A stretch of 64,000 nucleotides of DNA from a virus. Shown in pieces: positions 28,027-38,233 of the stretch; the first letter of the stretch is position 1, and each line of letters starts with the position of its first letter. Below the pieces are notes generated by a model. The model saw only the letters and a list, made by a program, of their open reading frames with translations, did not search any database and was not told the origin of the DNA. Where the stretch lies: the IMG/VR virus record IMGVR_UViG_3300048672_000430, positions 1 to 64,000 of that record. The stretch is one strand, 5' to 3'. Position numbers and translations under genes: made by a program.

Positions 28027-29419
28027 TGTTGGATCAATAATAAAAATTAATGATGAACTTTGTCCAGAAAATGAACGCTCTAATAAAAGATTTCAATTCG
28101 GTGCTTTAAATTATATCGCAATTATGTTGGATTGGGAGTTTGAGGTAGTACGAGAATTTAAAGATGAGTTTCATGGTGACATGGTAGAATGTAAAATTAC
28201 CAATAGTGATAATATCAAGTCAAACATTGTTCTTAGAACACAAGATACAGTGTTAGCTAAGTCAAATAAATTCAATTTAACTTATGAGATTATCGGTAAA
28301 ACAGGAAGGTTTGATGCTGAGATAAGAGAACTCAAGAGAGAAGAAAATGATCTACTCTTAGTTCGTGCGGAAGAAAAAAGAAAAGGCACACCGATCACTG
28401 ATAAAACACTTATTCAAAATTGGTCAGAAGTTAAATCAGTTAGAAATAAGATCAAGCGTTATCAAGAAAATACTGATAAAGTTTTTGTTGTCAAACATTC
28501 GTCTGGTACTTACGAGATTGATTGTGCTGAGGAACAAATTCCAACAAAGCTTAGATCTTTAATTAGAAGTATGCGTGCTGATAGACGCAAAGTTTACCCT
28601 GTCACAAAAGAAATTGGTGGCGGTATGACATTAGAGAAATTAGGTAATGTCATGGTTAAACCTGGTAAGTTCCTGGAATTAAATGAGAAGTATGCTTTGA
28701 ATATTATTAAGGCACATAAGAAACCTACAACAAACGATAACTATGTTGGTATTGAAATTGAGATGTTATCACCTAAAAGTATTGAAGAAATGAATAAAGA
28801 GTTTATTAAGTCAAGATTACATAAGTATGTGAATGTTGGTACAGATGGTTCAATTAGAAGTGACATTAGTGGTGTTCATGCTATGGAATTGAGGGTATGT
28901 TTACCTGAAAACTTATTAGCTACTCATTTAAAAATGATTACAGAAGTATTACGTAAAACAGACTCTTATGCAAATCGTTCATGTGGTATGCACGTTCACG
29001 TTGATATGAGAAATCGTGACCCTGAGCTATGTTACAGAAACTTCTTTAAAGTTCAAAATATTATGCTACAAGCTCAACCATTAACTAGACGTACAAACCA
29101 ATACTGCAAACCTAGTACGATAGCTAGCAAAAAATTAAAAGACTTCTCAAGTAATGGTGATGATAACGTGAGACGACAAGCAATTAATACTGACTCGTAT
29201 CATAAAAACGATATGAAGACTATTGAGATCAGAGTACACGAAGGTGCTACTAAGTTCAAAGATATATTTAATTGGGTAAATTTCTTAGTTGCGACCGCTT
29301 CCCTTAAAAAAGATTTGGACGCACCTATTAATACTATTAAAGAATTAAGATCTGCTAATTTCGTAAATGAATTAGTAATTAATCATTTAAATGAACGTAT
29401 TGAAGAGTATTCGGCTTAA
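28019..29419 (+). CDS. Putative amidoligase (Amidoligase_2-like)
   Basis: YVGIEIEM, TDGSI, MELR, SCGMHVHVD, KTIEIR. Confidence 0.8.
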   Translation: MINVGSIIKINDELCPENERSNKRFQFGALNYIAIMLDWEFEVVREFKDEFHGDMVECKITNSDNIKSNIVLRTQDTVLAKSNKFNLTYEIIGKTGRFDAEIRELKREENDLLLVRAEEKRKGTPITDKTLIQNWSEVKSVRNKIKRYQENTDKVFVVKHSSGTYEIDCAEEQIPTKLRSLIRSMRADRRKVYPVTKEIGGGMTLEKLGNVMVKPGKFLELNEKYALNIIKAHKKPTTNDNYVGIEIEMLSPKSIEEMNKEFIKSRLHKYVNVGTDGSIRSDISGVHAMELRVCLPENLLATHLKMITEVLRKTDSYANRSCGMHVHVDMRNRDPELCYRNFFKVQNIMLQAQPLTRRTNQYCKPSTIASKKLKDFSSNGDDNVRRQAINTDSYHKNDMKTIEIRVHEGATKFKDIFNWVNFLVATASLKKDLDAPINTIKELRSANFVNELVINHLNERIEEYSA

Positions 29420-29447
29420 TTATAATAAAACTAATATGAGGTAAAAA

Positions 29448-30665
29448 ATGTGTAAAGTTATGGTAATGACCGGGATAGAAAATAATGATCTAGCCCTGAG
29501 ATTTATGAAAGCAGTAGCACCCAACATGTCAGTAGGTAATACCGACGGCATTGGGTACTCCGCAGTAAATTCTAAGAATCAACTGTTCATGGAAAAATGG
29601 CACGTTAATAATAAGTTCTTAAATACGAACGATGTTGTAGACGCTAAGACTATTGAGGAATTAAAACCTTATGAGAATAGGATAGGTAAACTCCAATTAA
29701 ATTACACAAGTTATGGTGATGTAACAAGAGACGATCTTAGATCAGTGACTATGCACACCAGGTACGCAACATGTGGAAAAACATTTGAGAATACTCACCC
29801 ATTTATTGAAAATGATATATCCCTTATTCATAATGGTGTTATTCAAAATTCTTTTACATTAGCATTAAATAAAAATTCAACTTGTGACTCCGAAAACGCT
29901 TTACAATTATACAATAACTTACAAGTTAATTTGAGTAAGAAAAGTACAGACTATCAAAGTTTCCTAGATAAGTTAAAGGGTTATTGGGCATTTGCTTTTC
30001 TTGCAAAAGATTCTGAAGGTACATATCAACTAGATGTTGTTCGTGAGGGTGCACCATTATACTTTGCAAAGATTGAAGAAATCGGAGTTAATTGTGTTGT
30101 GTTTGCAACAACAAAAGAAATCATCGAGATAGGTTGTAAAGAATTAGAGTTACCAGTTAGATCACAGATCTATCTACTAACTGAGTCTAACTATCACAGA
30201 TTTAACGCATTAACAGGCGAGTTAATACTTAATAAACAACTCGAAGATTCTTTATTAAATGCTTCATCGTATAGCTATTCAAAAGTATTTAAATCAAATA
30301 AGACAAAGAAAAAAGAACCTTATCAACCACTAAATAATAACAACATAGATGAATACTATGACTACTACAATAGTCAAGAAAATTACAAGGATCTTACATC
30401 AGTAACCGATGAGTTCTTATTAGATTCGTTCTATGATATTAATGAGCCTTTAGTTGATAGACTTGATTCTTATGATAAAATGTTCGACACTGAGTATTTA
30501 TCTAACTTTGAAGATCTAGCTATTAAAATCCGTGACTTCATAACAAAACAAGAATATAAAGAAGTTATTAGTTTTGCCGAAATTATCTTAATGTTAGACG
30601 CTTATATTGCAAGTGAAAATATATCAGACCTTTATAAAGTATTTAGAAATAAACGTAGGGCTTAA
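29448..30665 (+). CDS. Class II (Ntn) glutamine amidotransferase
   Basis: Cys2 (MCK), DGIG, HTRYAT, NTHPF, HNG, CDSE. Confidence 0.85.
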   Translation: MCKVMVMTGIENNDLALRFMKAVAPNMSVGNTDGIGYSAVNSKNQLFMEKWHVNNKFLNTNDVVDAKTIEELKPYENRIGKLQLNYTSYGDVTRDDLRSVTMHTRYATCGKTFENTHPFIENDISLIHNGVIQNSFTLALNKNSTCDSENALQLYNNLQVNLSKKSTDYQSFLDKLKGYWAFAFLAKDSEGTYQLDVVREGAPLYFAKIEEIGVNCVVFATTKEIIEIGCKELELPVRSQIYLLTESNYHRFNALTGELILNKQLEDSLLNASSYSYSKVFKSNKTKKKEPYQPLNNNNIDEYYDYYNSQENYKDLTSVTDEFLLDSFYDINEPLVDRLDSYDKMFDTEYLSNFEDLAIKIRDFITKQEYKEVISFAEIILMLDAYIASENISDLYKVFRNKRRA

Positions 30666-30668
30666 TTT

Positions 30669-30809
30669 ATGGACATAATACAATACAAATCAAGATACTA
30701 TTGGTTTAGATTTAGAGAAAATCGCATTAACTTTTATTACTCTTCGGAAACCTTAATAGAAAGCGGAGGTAATGACCTTCCTTATTGTGTAATTAAAAAC
30801 CTGGATTAA
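30669..30809 (+). CDS. IxQ/YxF family microprotein (46 aa)
   Basis: MDIIQYKSRYYWFRFRENRINFY...ESGGNDLPYCVIKNLD; clear paralog of next ORF. Confidence 0.65.
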   Translation: MDIIQYKSRYYWFRFRENRINFYYSSETLIESGGNDLPYCVIKNLD

Positions 30810-30822
30810 TTTGGAGGTATAA

Positions 30823-30981
30823 ATGTATGACGTAGAATTGATACAGTATACTGAAAAAAGAACATTTTATTTTAGATTTCGTATTGATAATGTAAACTTT
30901 TATTGGAATAAAAACTTTTCATCGATTATTAAATCCGGTGGAAATTACATTCCTCATAACATAATTAAAATAATAGATTAA
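30823..30981 (+). CDS. IxQ/YxF family microprotein (52 aa)
   Basis: GGAGG RBS; LIQY...FYFRFRIDNVNFY...KSGGNYIPHNIIKIID. Confidence 0.7.
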   Translation: MYDVELIQYTEKRTFYFRFRIDNVNFYWNKNFSSIIKSGGNYIPHNIIKIID

Positions 30982-30992
30982 CGGGAGAAGTT

Positions 30993-31151
30993 ATGTTGCT
31001 CACTCAATATAATAAATTTATCAGTCCGTCTCTTAGATATATTTTTCGACTATCTTCAGATGGTTATATATATAACAATAATGGAAGATTACATGGATCG
31101 ACTATCCCTGATGATGATAAACTATATCAAATAATAATGGAGAGAATATGA
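30993..31151 (+). CDS. IxQ/YxF family microprotein (52 aa)
   Basis: GGAG RBS; LTQY...RYIF...YQII; ATGA overlap with ATP-grasp gene. Confidence 0.6.
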   Translation: MLLTQYNKFISPSLRYIFRLSSDGYIYNNNGRLHGSTIPDDDKLYQIIMERI

Positions 31152-31903
31152 AATTCACAATACTATATAGTGGTCGTTCTTCTAAAACAGGAAGGGATTT
31201 ATTAAATAAATTCAAGCCTTTATCTAGAAAGGCATTTAGAAAACGAACAGAAAAACGATTCAATACTGATGTTATTTTAAGATGGGGGTCAACTGAGACT
31301 TTCAATAAGTTAAGAGGTAGGCTAGAACTAAACACTTTAGAAGCTGTCAGAAATGCAAGCAATAAGTTAATCATGATGCAAAAATTAGTTGAGGCTAATA
31401 TTCCAACCGCAGAAATTCTTTTCAATCCTTATAATCAATCTCAAGATGTTATAGACAATTATCGTGATGATAATGGTGGATTTTTTATCAGAGGTTCAAA
31501 CGATTCAATAAGATATGACGATAGTATTAATCCTAATGACAAGTATATATCTAAACCAATTGTAAATAAGCGTAGAGAATATAGAGTCCACGTATTCAAT
31601 GGTGAAGTTATAGCTATCTATGAGAAAATTCCTAACGATGAGAATGTTAAGTTATTCAAATCATATAACTGTCATTTCGAATTAAAGAATATAGAAAATT
31701 GTAGGCTAACCGAACAAGATAAACAAGTTTGTATAGATGCTGTAAATAAATTAGGATTACTATTTGGTGGTGTAGATTTAATGCGAGATAAGAATAAGAA
31801 AGTCTTTGTTTCGGAAGTAAATAGTGCCCCGGCTTTAAATGGAACTAACATAGATAGATATGTAACCAAAATAAACGAGTACATTCAAGCGATGGGAGTT
31901 TAA
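31148..31903 (+). CDS. ATP-grasp (RimK-like) ligase
   Basis: LRWG, ASNK, REYRVHVF, LGLLFGGVD, EVNSAPAL. Confidence 0.85.
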   Translation: MKFTILYSGRSSKTGRDLLNKFKPLSRKAFRKRTEKRFNTDVILRWGSTETFNKLRGRLELNTLEAVRNASNKLIMMQKLVEANIPTAEILFNPYNQSQDVIDNYRDDNGGFFIRGSNDSIRYDDSINPNDKYISKPIVNKRREYRVHVFNGEVIAIYEKIPNDENVKLFKSYNCHFELKNIENCRLTEQDKQVCIDAVNKLGLLFGGVDLMRDKNKKVFVSEVNSAPALNGTNIDRYVTKINEYIQAMGV

Positions 31904-31904
31904 A

Positions 31905-32042
31905 ATGATTGTGTTATTTCAAACAACAGACAAGCATCAGAATAATTATAGATTCTATTTACATAGATTTGCGGAAAATATATCGTTTGATGTGATATGT
32001 ACGGTAAATAAGTATCATAGTAACGCTATAATGGTATTATAA
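31905..32042 (+). CDS. IxQ/YxF family microprotein (45 aa)
   Basis: MIVLFQT...NYRF; abuts both neighbours. Confidence 0.5.
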   Translation: MIVLFQTTDKHQNNYRFYLHRFAENISFDVICTVNKYHSNAIMVL

Positions 32043-32939
32043 TGAGTCTAATAATACTAATATCCCTTATACTTTTTTTATTCTCACCATTTGGTAGAAT
32101 AGCCGTGATGTATTTAGCCACCCTTATCCTGGAATCAATGTGGTTATTTATATTCATATTAATGATTGTCTTTCTTAAAAAGAGGTAAGTAATGAAATTT
32201 CCAATCTCTGTAATTAAAATAGATAACTATATGGTATTAATTAATAGTGGCGAAGTAACTAAAGACTTTATTTCAAATTTAAAAAAACTTGAGCTAACTA
32301 GAACTCCACGTGATATGAAGATAGTATCGTGTGACTACCCAGCATTTAGTGGTCACACAATATACATAAGTGGTGATGACAGATCAAAACGATATCAAAC
32401 ATGTAAGACTGCGTACAATGAGCCATTATTTAATAGCTATCAAGAAATAATAAAATATTATGCTAACAAAATGGGTTACGATGAGTAATAAAATAGATGA
32501 TATGTTAGAAGAATTTATCTCAGAAGTATCTGAGAATTATACTGAAGATTCTGATGTAGAAGAGTTATTTAGAAACTCTATGAATAAGATTTTAACTAAA
32601 AAGAAACAAGGTATAGGACATGTATTAAAGACTCAAGTAATGTTTGAGATTGAAGAAGACATGGCTTTGCCTATATTTCCATCAGAGGAAATGTATGACG
32701 AGGATTAAGTATGTTAAAGAGAACGATACTTTAATTAGTCCAGTCTTTATAAACTACGAAGGTAAGAGATACCGTATTCTTATCCACACACAAAAGAACC
32801 ATTACACTGTAACAATCAGAACAACAACAGGAAAAATAGTAGAGGTTGTTAGTTGTGATGAATTATCCAAAGCAAAAAGAACAGCAAGAAACCTGATTAT
32901 TAATAAATATAATGTGAGAATCAAACACGAGGTTAGACG

Positions 32940-33095
32940 ATGAAGATAGGTCAAGTTAGTGCACCATTTGAAAACTCAATACAATATTCATTTGCTTTAA
33001 TATCTTTTGTTACTATGGATAGTGTTGTATTTGTTAGAGATATAGGCGGAATTAATTGTGTCATGAGAAAATATATTAAAATTATACAGGAGTAA
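32940..33095 (+). CDS. IxQ/YxF family microprotein (51 aa)
   Basis: GAGG RBS; MKIGQV...QYSF...YIKIIQE. Confidence 0.6.
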   Translation: MKIGQVSAPFENSIQYSFALISFVTMDSVVFVRDIGGINCVMRKYIKIIQE

Positions 33096-33437
33096 CATAT
33101 GAGAACAATAGGAGATAGATTAGCTGAATTAGACAAGACAGAATCAACAGTAGCTGATTTTAATAGAATATTCGATGATGTACCATTAACAAGATTCAAA
33201 GATACCGATACAGTCTTAGTTGGTGAGATCACAAAAAATGCAACAACTAGACAATTATTAATTAACAATGTAGCTATTGAACATAGCTTTGAAAGGAGAC
33301 TTACAAGTGAAAATGAAATTATTATTACTGACGACAATGTTATTAGCGACGACGATTTTTGGATGTGCCAGTTCGTCTAAACCTTTGACAGAAGAAGAAC
33401 GAAGAGAAGCTAGGCGACTAGCCAGAGAAGTTCGATA

Positions 33438-33463
33438 GCCCCTGAATTGGGGCCTTTTTATTT
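33438..33463 (+). terminator. Intrinsic terminator
   Basis: GCCCC-TGAATT-GGGGC followed by CTTTTTATTT. Confidence 0.7.
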
Positions 33464-33472
33464 GGAGATAAA

Positions 33473-33625
33473 ATGATAAGCATATTGCAAGCATCTACTG
33501 GACTACATTTCGGAAAATATTCGTTTCATATATTCCACCTAAACGGAGATCTAAGAACAATTAGAAGTGATAAATTTAGAGAATCAACTTACTGGAATAC
33601 AATTTTAATAGACGTGGAGTTATAA
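33473..33625 (+). CDS. IxQ/YxF family microprotein (50 aa)
   Basis: GGAG RBS; MISILQA...KYSF. Confidence 0.55.
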   Translation: MISILQASTGLHFGKYSFHIFHLNGDLRTIRSDKFRESTYWNTILIDVEL

Positions 33626-33869
33626 TGAGAAAAGAACTTTTAGTGTATGTTAATACTGGAGAAGCCAACGAAGAAATCAGTGTGACCTCGGTTGCCAAAC
33701 ATCGTAGCTTAGTGTTGATCACTACATCAACAGGAACTAAATTTACAGCAAACAGAGAAGAGTTATTAGAAGCGTTACAAGCGATTGCAACATTTGATAG
33801 TTCAGTCACTACTAAACCCGAACCAATAGACAATCTAAATACTTTAGAAGTTAGCTATGGAGACGAACA

Positions 33870-34127
33870 ATGAAAATCGTACAAATATCAACCACTGACA
33901 GATTCGTAGGTGATCACACCGGATACTATAGATATGAGTTCGGTATTATTACGGGAAATTCTGGAGCAGGAAATTATATTGTTGATTTCGGTAAGAGACC
34001 TCCTGAGATTTTATCGATCTTGAAAGAGATTAGGGATTTTGATGGTGATTATGAAGAAGATGAATATTTTAGAGAAGATTTCTCTGTTCTTAAAAAAGAA
34101 TGTAATATTATAGGAGTTTTTAAATGA
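33870..34127 (+). CDS. IxQ/YxF family small protein (85 aa)
   Basis: MKIVQI...RYEFG...CNIIG. Confidence 0.55.
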   Translation: MKIVQISTTDRFVGDHTGYYRYEFGIITGNSGAGNYIVDFGKRPPEILSILKEIRDFDGDYEEDEYFREDFSVLKKECNIIGVFK

Positions 34128-34322
34128 TATTATTTTTAGTATTTAATATAGCTCTACTTACGTCGAGTCTATATTTATTGTTTCAAACAATGTTAAATTA
34201 TTCGGTCTTATTATCCTTGCCAACACCATTGATAATTGTTTATGTAATTGGTGTTATCACCCCGCTACTTAATATATACGATAGTATTAAGAATCTACTA
34301 TCATTAACAGTGAGTTCAGTCG

Positions 34323-34625
34323 ATGAAGATAGTATGTAAACCAACGCCTAGATTTAAACGTTTTTTTATTGAACAGTGGGTAGAATTTTATGGATATCAT
34401 TGTGCATACTGTACGGGATATTGTGAAAATGATAGAACAATAGATCACATTATACCAATAAGTAAAGGTGGTAGAAACCAATTTATAAACATGGTCTTAG
34501 CTTGTCGTAAGTGTAATGAAGAGAAAGCAAACAAAATGCCAGAAGAGTTTAGAACACTAATGTTACAACCAATACAAAACAAACACAAAAGGAAAGAAAA
34601 TCATGACGAAAAAAGAGTTGGATGA
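34323..34625 (+). CDS. HNH endonuclease
   Basis: CAYC, TIDHIIPISKGG, NMVLACRKCNEEK. Confidence 0.85.
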   Translation: MKIVCKPTPRFKRFFIEQWVEFYGYHCAYCTGYCENDRTIDHIIPISKGGRNQFINMVLACRKCNEEKANKMPEEFRTLMLQPIQNKHKRKENHDEKRVG

Positions 34626-34870
34626 ATTATATATGAAGTTATCAGCAAAGCATAATATTGGTTCGCCTTCATATGTACTTGGATCAATAATCGAAGATGA
34701 ACCATCTTATTATGATCGTAAGATCAGGGAACTAGAAGAATATAACAGGAGAGCATCTATGACTAGATATCCTGTTGAATATCAACTCACTCTACTAAAT
34801 AAACAGATCGAAGAATTAAAAGCAGAGAATGAATATCTAAAAGAAATCATAGAAGAAGAAAGGAGCACAA

Positions 34871-35353
34871 ATGGATTGGCGTAAAATTAAAGGTTATTCA
34901 AATTATTTATTAAATGAAAACGGAGATCTATATAATGTTAAACTGGATTCTTTCCAAAAAGGCTACACAAATTCATCTGGAGTTCGTTACGTATCTTTAT
35001 CTAAAAATGGACAAGGTAAGTGTGTACCCCTTGCAGAGCTTGTTCTAAATGTATTCAAGCCTTCAAGAACTGTTATTAAAACTTACGCTTGGCATGAAGA
35101 TTTAGAACTAATTAATTGTTCTAATGATAACCTATTAAGATGTAATAGGGCAGATCGTTTGAGAATGTTTAATGAAATCAAGAAAAAGAAAAGAGGTGTT
35201 TATTCCTGGAACATAGGAAAGAATAATTTCCGAGTTGTTTTAAAAGATAAGCATGGAAAAACAAAGACAATAGGTTACTATAGAACAGAATTTTTTGCTA
35301 GATTTATGTATATAAAGGCATATCAAAAAGAGTTTGGCAGACCACCTTACTAG
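34871..35353 (+). CDS. NUMOD4-type protein with degenerate HNH and AP2-like tail
   Basis: WRKIKGYSNY..NENG; HNH residues poorly conserved; RGVYSW...IGYY. Confidence 0.55.
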   Translation: MDWRKIKGYSNYLLNENGDLYNVKLDSFQKGYTNSSGVRYVSLSKNGQGKCVPLAELVLNVFKPSRTVIKTYAWHEDLELINCSNDNLLRCNRADRLRMFNEIKKKKRGVYSWNIGKNNFRVVLKDKHGKTKTIGYYRTEFFARFMYIKAYQKEFGRPPY

Positions 35354-35744
35354 GAGAATATATGATTCTTAAAATACTTATAATACTATTTATTGCATAT
35401 TGTTTTGTTTGTTTTTTAATTGTACATACCACTCTTTTTTGTGATAAGAAAAGTAGAAAATCATTATCACGTCTATCTGAATCGTTTCATGACGAAAATA
35501 GAGGAGGTTTTATGTTGCCATCGGAGTACAAAAAACTATTACAAATTAGAGAAGTAATCGATAGACAACTAGCGAGAATAGAGGATGATTAAAAAAATAA
35601 TAACTTCCGTAACCATAACCTATGCAATGTTATTTAGTATGAGAATTGTAACAATCGCAACACCACTTAATATAGCGGAGCAGGTATCTATTATAGCAAT
35701 GCTCATTGAGTATACGGTAATGAAGAGTAATAAAGGAGATAAGA

Positions 35745-36041
35745 ATGATTAGTTATTTAAAAAGTTTATTCAGTAAAAACAACAAAGAAGATACCGAAGA
35801 GATTGAAGAAGCCCTACGTAAGTTTCATCATAGAAATTCACAGAGTCCTCCTGTATATCAAGATAATAATGTTAATCGAGAGCTAGAAGATGTTGTAACC
35901 ACTGTACTAATCAATGCAGCATTTGACAGCTTGACAAGTTCGGAAAGTTGTGATATACTAACCTCTTCGACTAGTGACACCTCTGATTGGTCTGGAGGTG
36001 GTGGTGATTTTTCAGGTGGCGGTGCAGATGGAAATTTTTAA
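35745..36041 (+). CDS. Hypothetical protein with Gly-rich C-terminal tail
   Basis: Ends SGGGGDFSGGGADGNF. Confidence 0.6.
   Translation: MISYLKSLFSKNNKEDTEEIEEALRKFHHRNSQSPPVYQDNNVNRELEDVVTTVLINAAFDSLTSSESCDILTSSTSDTSDWSGGGGDFSGGGADGNF
35931..35959 (+). promoter_or_regulatory. Intragenic sigma70 promoter upstream of RNR
   Basis: TTGACA-17 nt-TATACT with TGn. Confidence 0.65.
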
Positions 36042-36048
36042 TGAAACA

Positions 36049-36246
36049 ATGGATTCTGTAATCTATCAGTACGGTGGCAGTTCTCGTACAAAATATGAAT
36101 TTACTTATCGGGATGAAAGCAGTTATACTGATGGTCACAGTATAGATGAAAATGTGGCATATTGGTCAAGCACAAATAGCGATCTCCCTGACATTACACA
36201 AAGGTATGCTTCAGTAATAAAGGTGTATAGAAAATGTTCAGTATAA
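36049..36246 (+). CDS. IxQ/YxF family small protein
   Basis: MDSVIYQY...KYEF...VIKVY; start could be 36028. Confidence 0.5.
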   Translation: MDSVIYQYGGSSRTKYEFTYRDESSYTDGHSIDENVAYWSSTNSDLPDITQRYASVIKVYRKCSV

Positions 36247-36362
36247 CGCAGTCTAAAGGTAATTACTCATTTGGGGTATATGAAGATTATGAAAGTTTAA
36301 ATATCTTAAGAATAATAGAAGAAACAAGATGGTTTAAAATAATTGCAATTGACTTAAATTAA
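36234..36362 (+). CDS. IxQ/YxF family microprotein (42 aa)
   Basis: AAGGTG RBS; MFSITQSKGNYSFG...WFKIIAIDLN. Confidence 0.55.
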   Translation: MFSITQSKGNYSFGVYEDYESLNILRIIEETRWFKIIAIDLN

Positions 36363-36385
36363 CAAATAAAAAAGGGGAGTTAGAT

Positions 36386-38233
36386 TTGAATCCAAGTAAT
36401 AAATTACTATCTGACATTGTAACATTCAGAACTTATTCTAAACATCTCCAGCATTTAGGTAGACGAGAATCTTTAGAAGAAACAATTAATAGAAATATGA
36501 TGATGAACTTGGAAAGATTTCCTTCGTTGTCAAGAGATATTATAAAATCATACAAACAGGTTCATGATTTAAATGTAATGCCTTCAATGCGTTCAATGCA
36601 ATTTGGCGGGGAGACAATACTAAAGAACCATGTTAAGATGTTTAATTGTTCATTCGCAACAGCTAACTATGTTGAAGTATTTTCAGAAGTCTTATATGTG
36701 TTGATGTGTGGAACAGGTTTTGGCGGTTCAATACAGAATAAGCATGTTCAACAATTACCACCAATTAGAAAGCCAAAGGAAGAAGCTAAGTATTTAATAG
36801 CTGATAGTATAGAAGGTTGGGCAGAGTCGGTAAACACATTAATGAGATCTTATTTTATCGGTGGATTAAGACCTATATTTGACTTTTCATCAATTAGAGA
36901 AAAGGGTGCTAGGTTATCTAACGGATCTACAGCCCCAGGTGCAGAGCCTTTAAAAATGATGTTACAAATCGTCGAACAACGATTAAAGAATGCTATTGGT
37001 AGAAAGCTAACAACCGAAGAAGTAGGTGATATTATTTGTATAATAGCCGATTGTGTTTTAGCTGGAGGAATTAGAAGGGCAGCAATCATACTTTTATTCG
37101 ATAAAGACGATGAATTAATGTTAAAGTACAAACACGGTTCTTGGTGGGAAAAACACCCTTACCGTGCTAGAGCAAATGTAAGTGCGGTATTACATAGATT
37201 GTTTACAACTCAAGAAGAATTTGAAAGAGTATTCGATGCGTGTATTGCGAGTAATTGCGGTGAACCTGGTATTAGTTGGACAAATGATTATGATTTAGGT
37301 TTTAATCCTTGTCATGAAATTTCCTTAAACTCTAATCAGTTTTGTAATCTTACTTCAATTAATTTAACAGGAGTAAAGTCGGAAAAAGACTTACATAACC
37401 GTGCATACTCAGCGGCTTTATTAGGAACATTACAAGCAACATACACTGACTTTCCTTACTTAAATAGTAAATGGAAGGAAACAACAGAACGTGAAGCTTT
37501 ATTAGGAGTTTCTTTTACAGGTATAGCAGATGCAACAACTATTACAGATGAGCAACTAAGAAAAACTGCTCAACTGGTATTAGACGTTAATGAGAAGTAT
37601 GCTAAGAAATTAGGTATAAATATAGCAGCAAGAGCTACATGTGTTAAACCGGAAGGATCAATGAGCTGTGTTGTAGGATCTGCATCAGGGATTCATGCTA
37701 GATATGACGACTTTTATTTAAGAAGAGTTAGAATGAATAAGACTGACGCTCTAGCTAAGTATCTATCTTCGGTTATCCCAGATTTAGTTGAGGACGATCT
37801 ATTCAGTCCTAGCGGTGTTGTTGTTACAATCCCACAAGAATCACCTAAAGGATCTATTATAAGATCACAAGAAACAGCCGAGACTTTATTGAATAGGATA
37901 ATGAAGTATAATAAAAACTGGGTTAATTTTGGACATAGAACAGGGGCTAATAAACATAATGTATCTTCTACTATTTCATATAAACCAGAAGAAGTCGACC
38001 TACTTAGACTAAGACTATGGGAAGATAGAGAACATTACACAGGTATAAGCTTGTTACCTTATGACAATGGAACATACAAACAAGCACCGTTTGAATCTTG
38101 CACTAAAGAAGTTTTTGAAAAATTCAACGGACTCATAAAGAAAGTGAATTTGTCAGAAGTAATAGAATTTGAAGACAATACTAAAAGAATAGAACAATTA
38201 GCCTGTAGTGGTGGAGTTTGTGAGATCGTATGA
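36386..38233 (+). CDS. nrdJ: Class II (B12-dependent) ribonucleotide reductase
   Basis: PSMRSMQ, FNCSF, GGIRRAA, FNPCHEI, FCNL, TCVKPEG, C-terminal ACSGGVCEI; no beta subunit nearby. Confidence 0.85.
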   Translation: MNPSNKLLSDIVTFRTYSKHLQHLGRRESLEETINRNMMMNLERFPSLSRDIIKSYKQVHDLNVMPSMRSMQFGGETILKNHVKMFNCSFATANYVEVFSEVLYVLMCGTGFGGSIQNKHVQQLPPIRKPKEEAKYLIADSIEGWAESVNTLMRSYFIGGLRPIFDFSSIREKGARLSNGSTAPGAEPLKMMLQIVEQRLKNAIGRKLTTEEVGDIICIIADCVLAGGIRRAAIILLFDKDDELMLKYKHGSWWEKHPYRARANVSAVLHRLFTTQEEFERVFDACIASNCGEPGISWTNDYDLGFNPCHEISLNSNQFCNLTSINLTGVKSEKDLHNRAYSAALLGTLQATYTDFPYLNSKWKETTEREALLGVSFTGIADATTITDEQLRKTAQLVLDVNEKYAKKLGINIAARATCVKPEGSMSCVVGSASGIHARYDDFYLRRVRMNKTDALAKYLSSVIPDLVEDDLFSPSGVVVTIPQESPKGSIIRSQETAETLLNRIMKYNKNWVNFGHRTGANKHNVSSTISYKPEEVDLLRLRLWEDREHYTGISLLPYDNGTYKQAPFESCTKEVFEKFNGLIKKVNLSEVIEFEDNTKRIEQLACSGGVCEIV

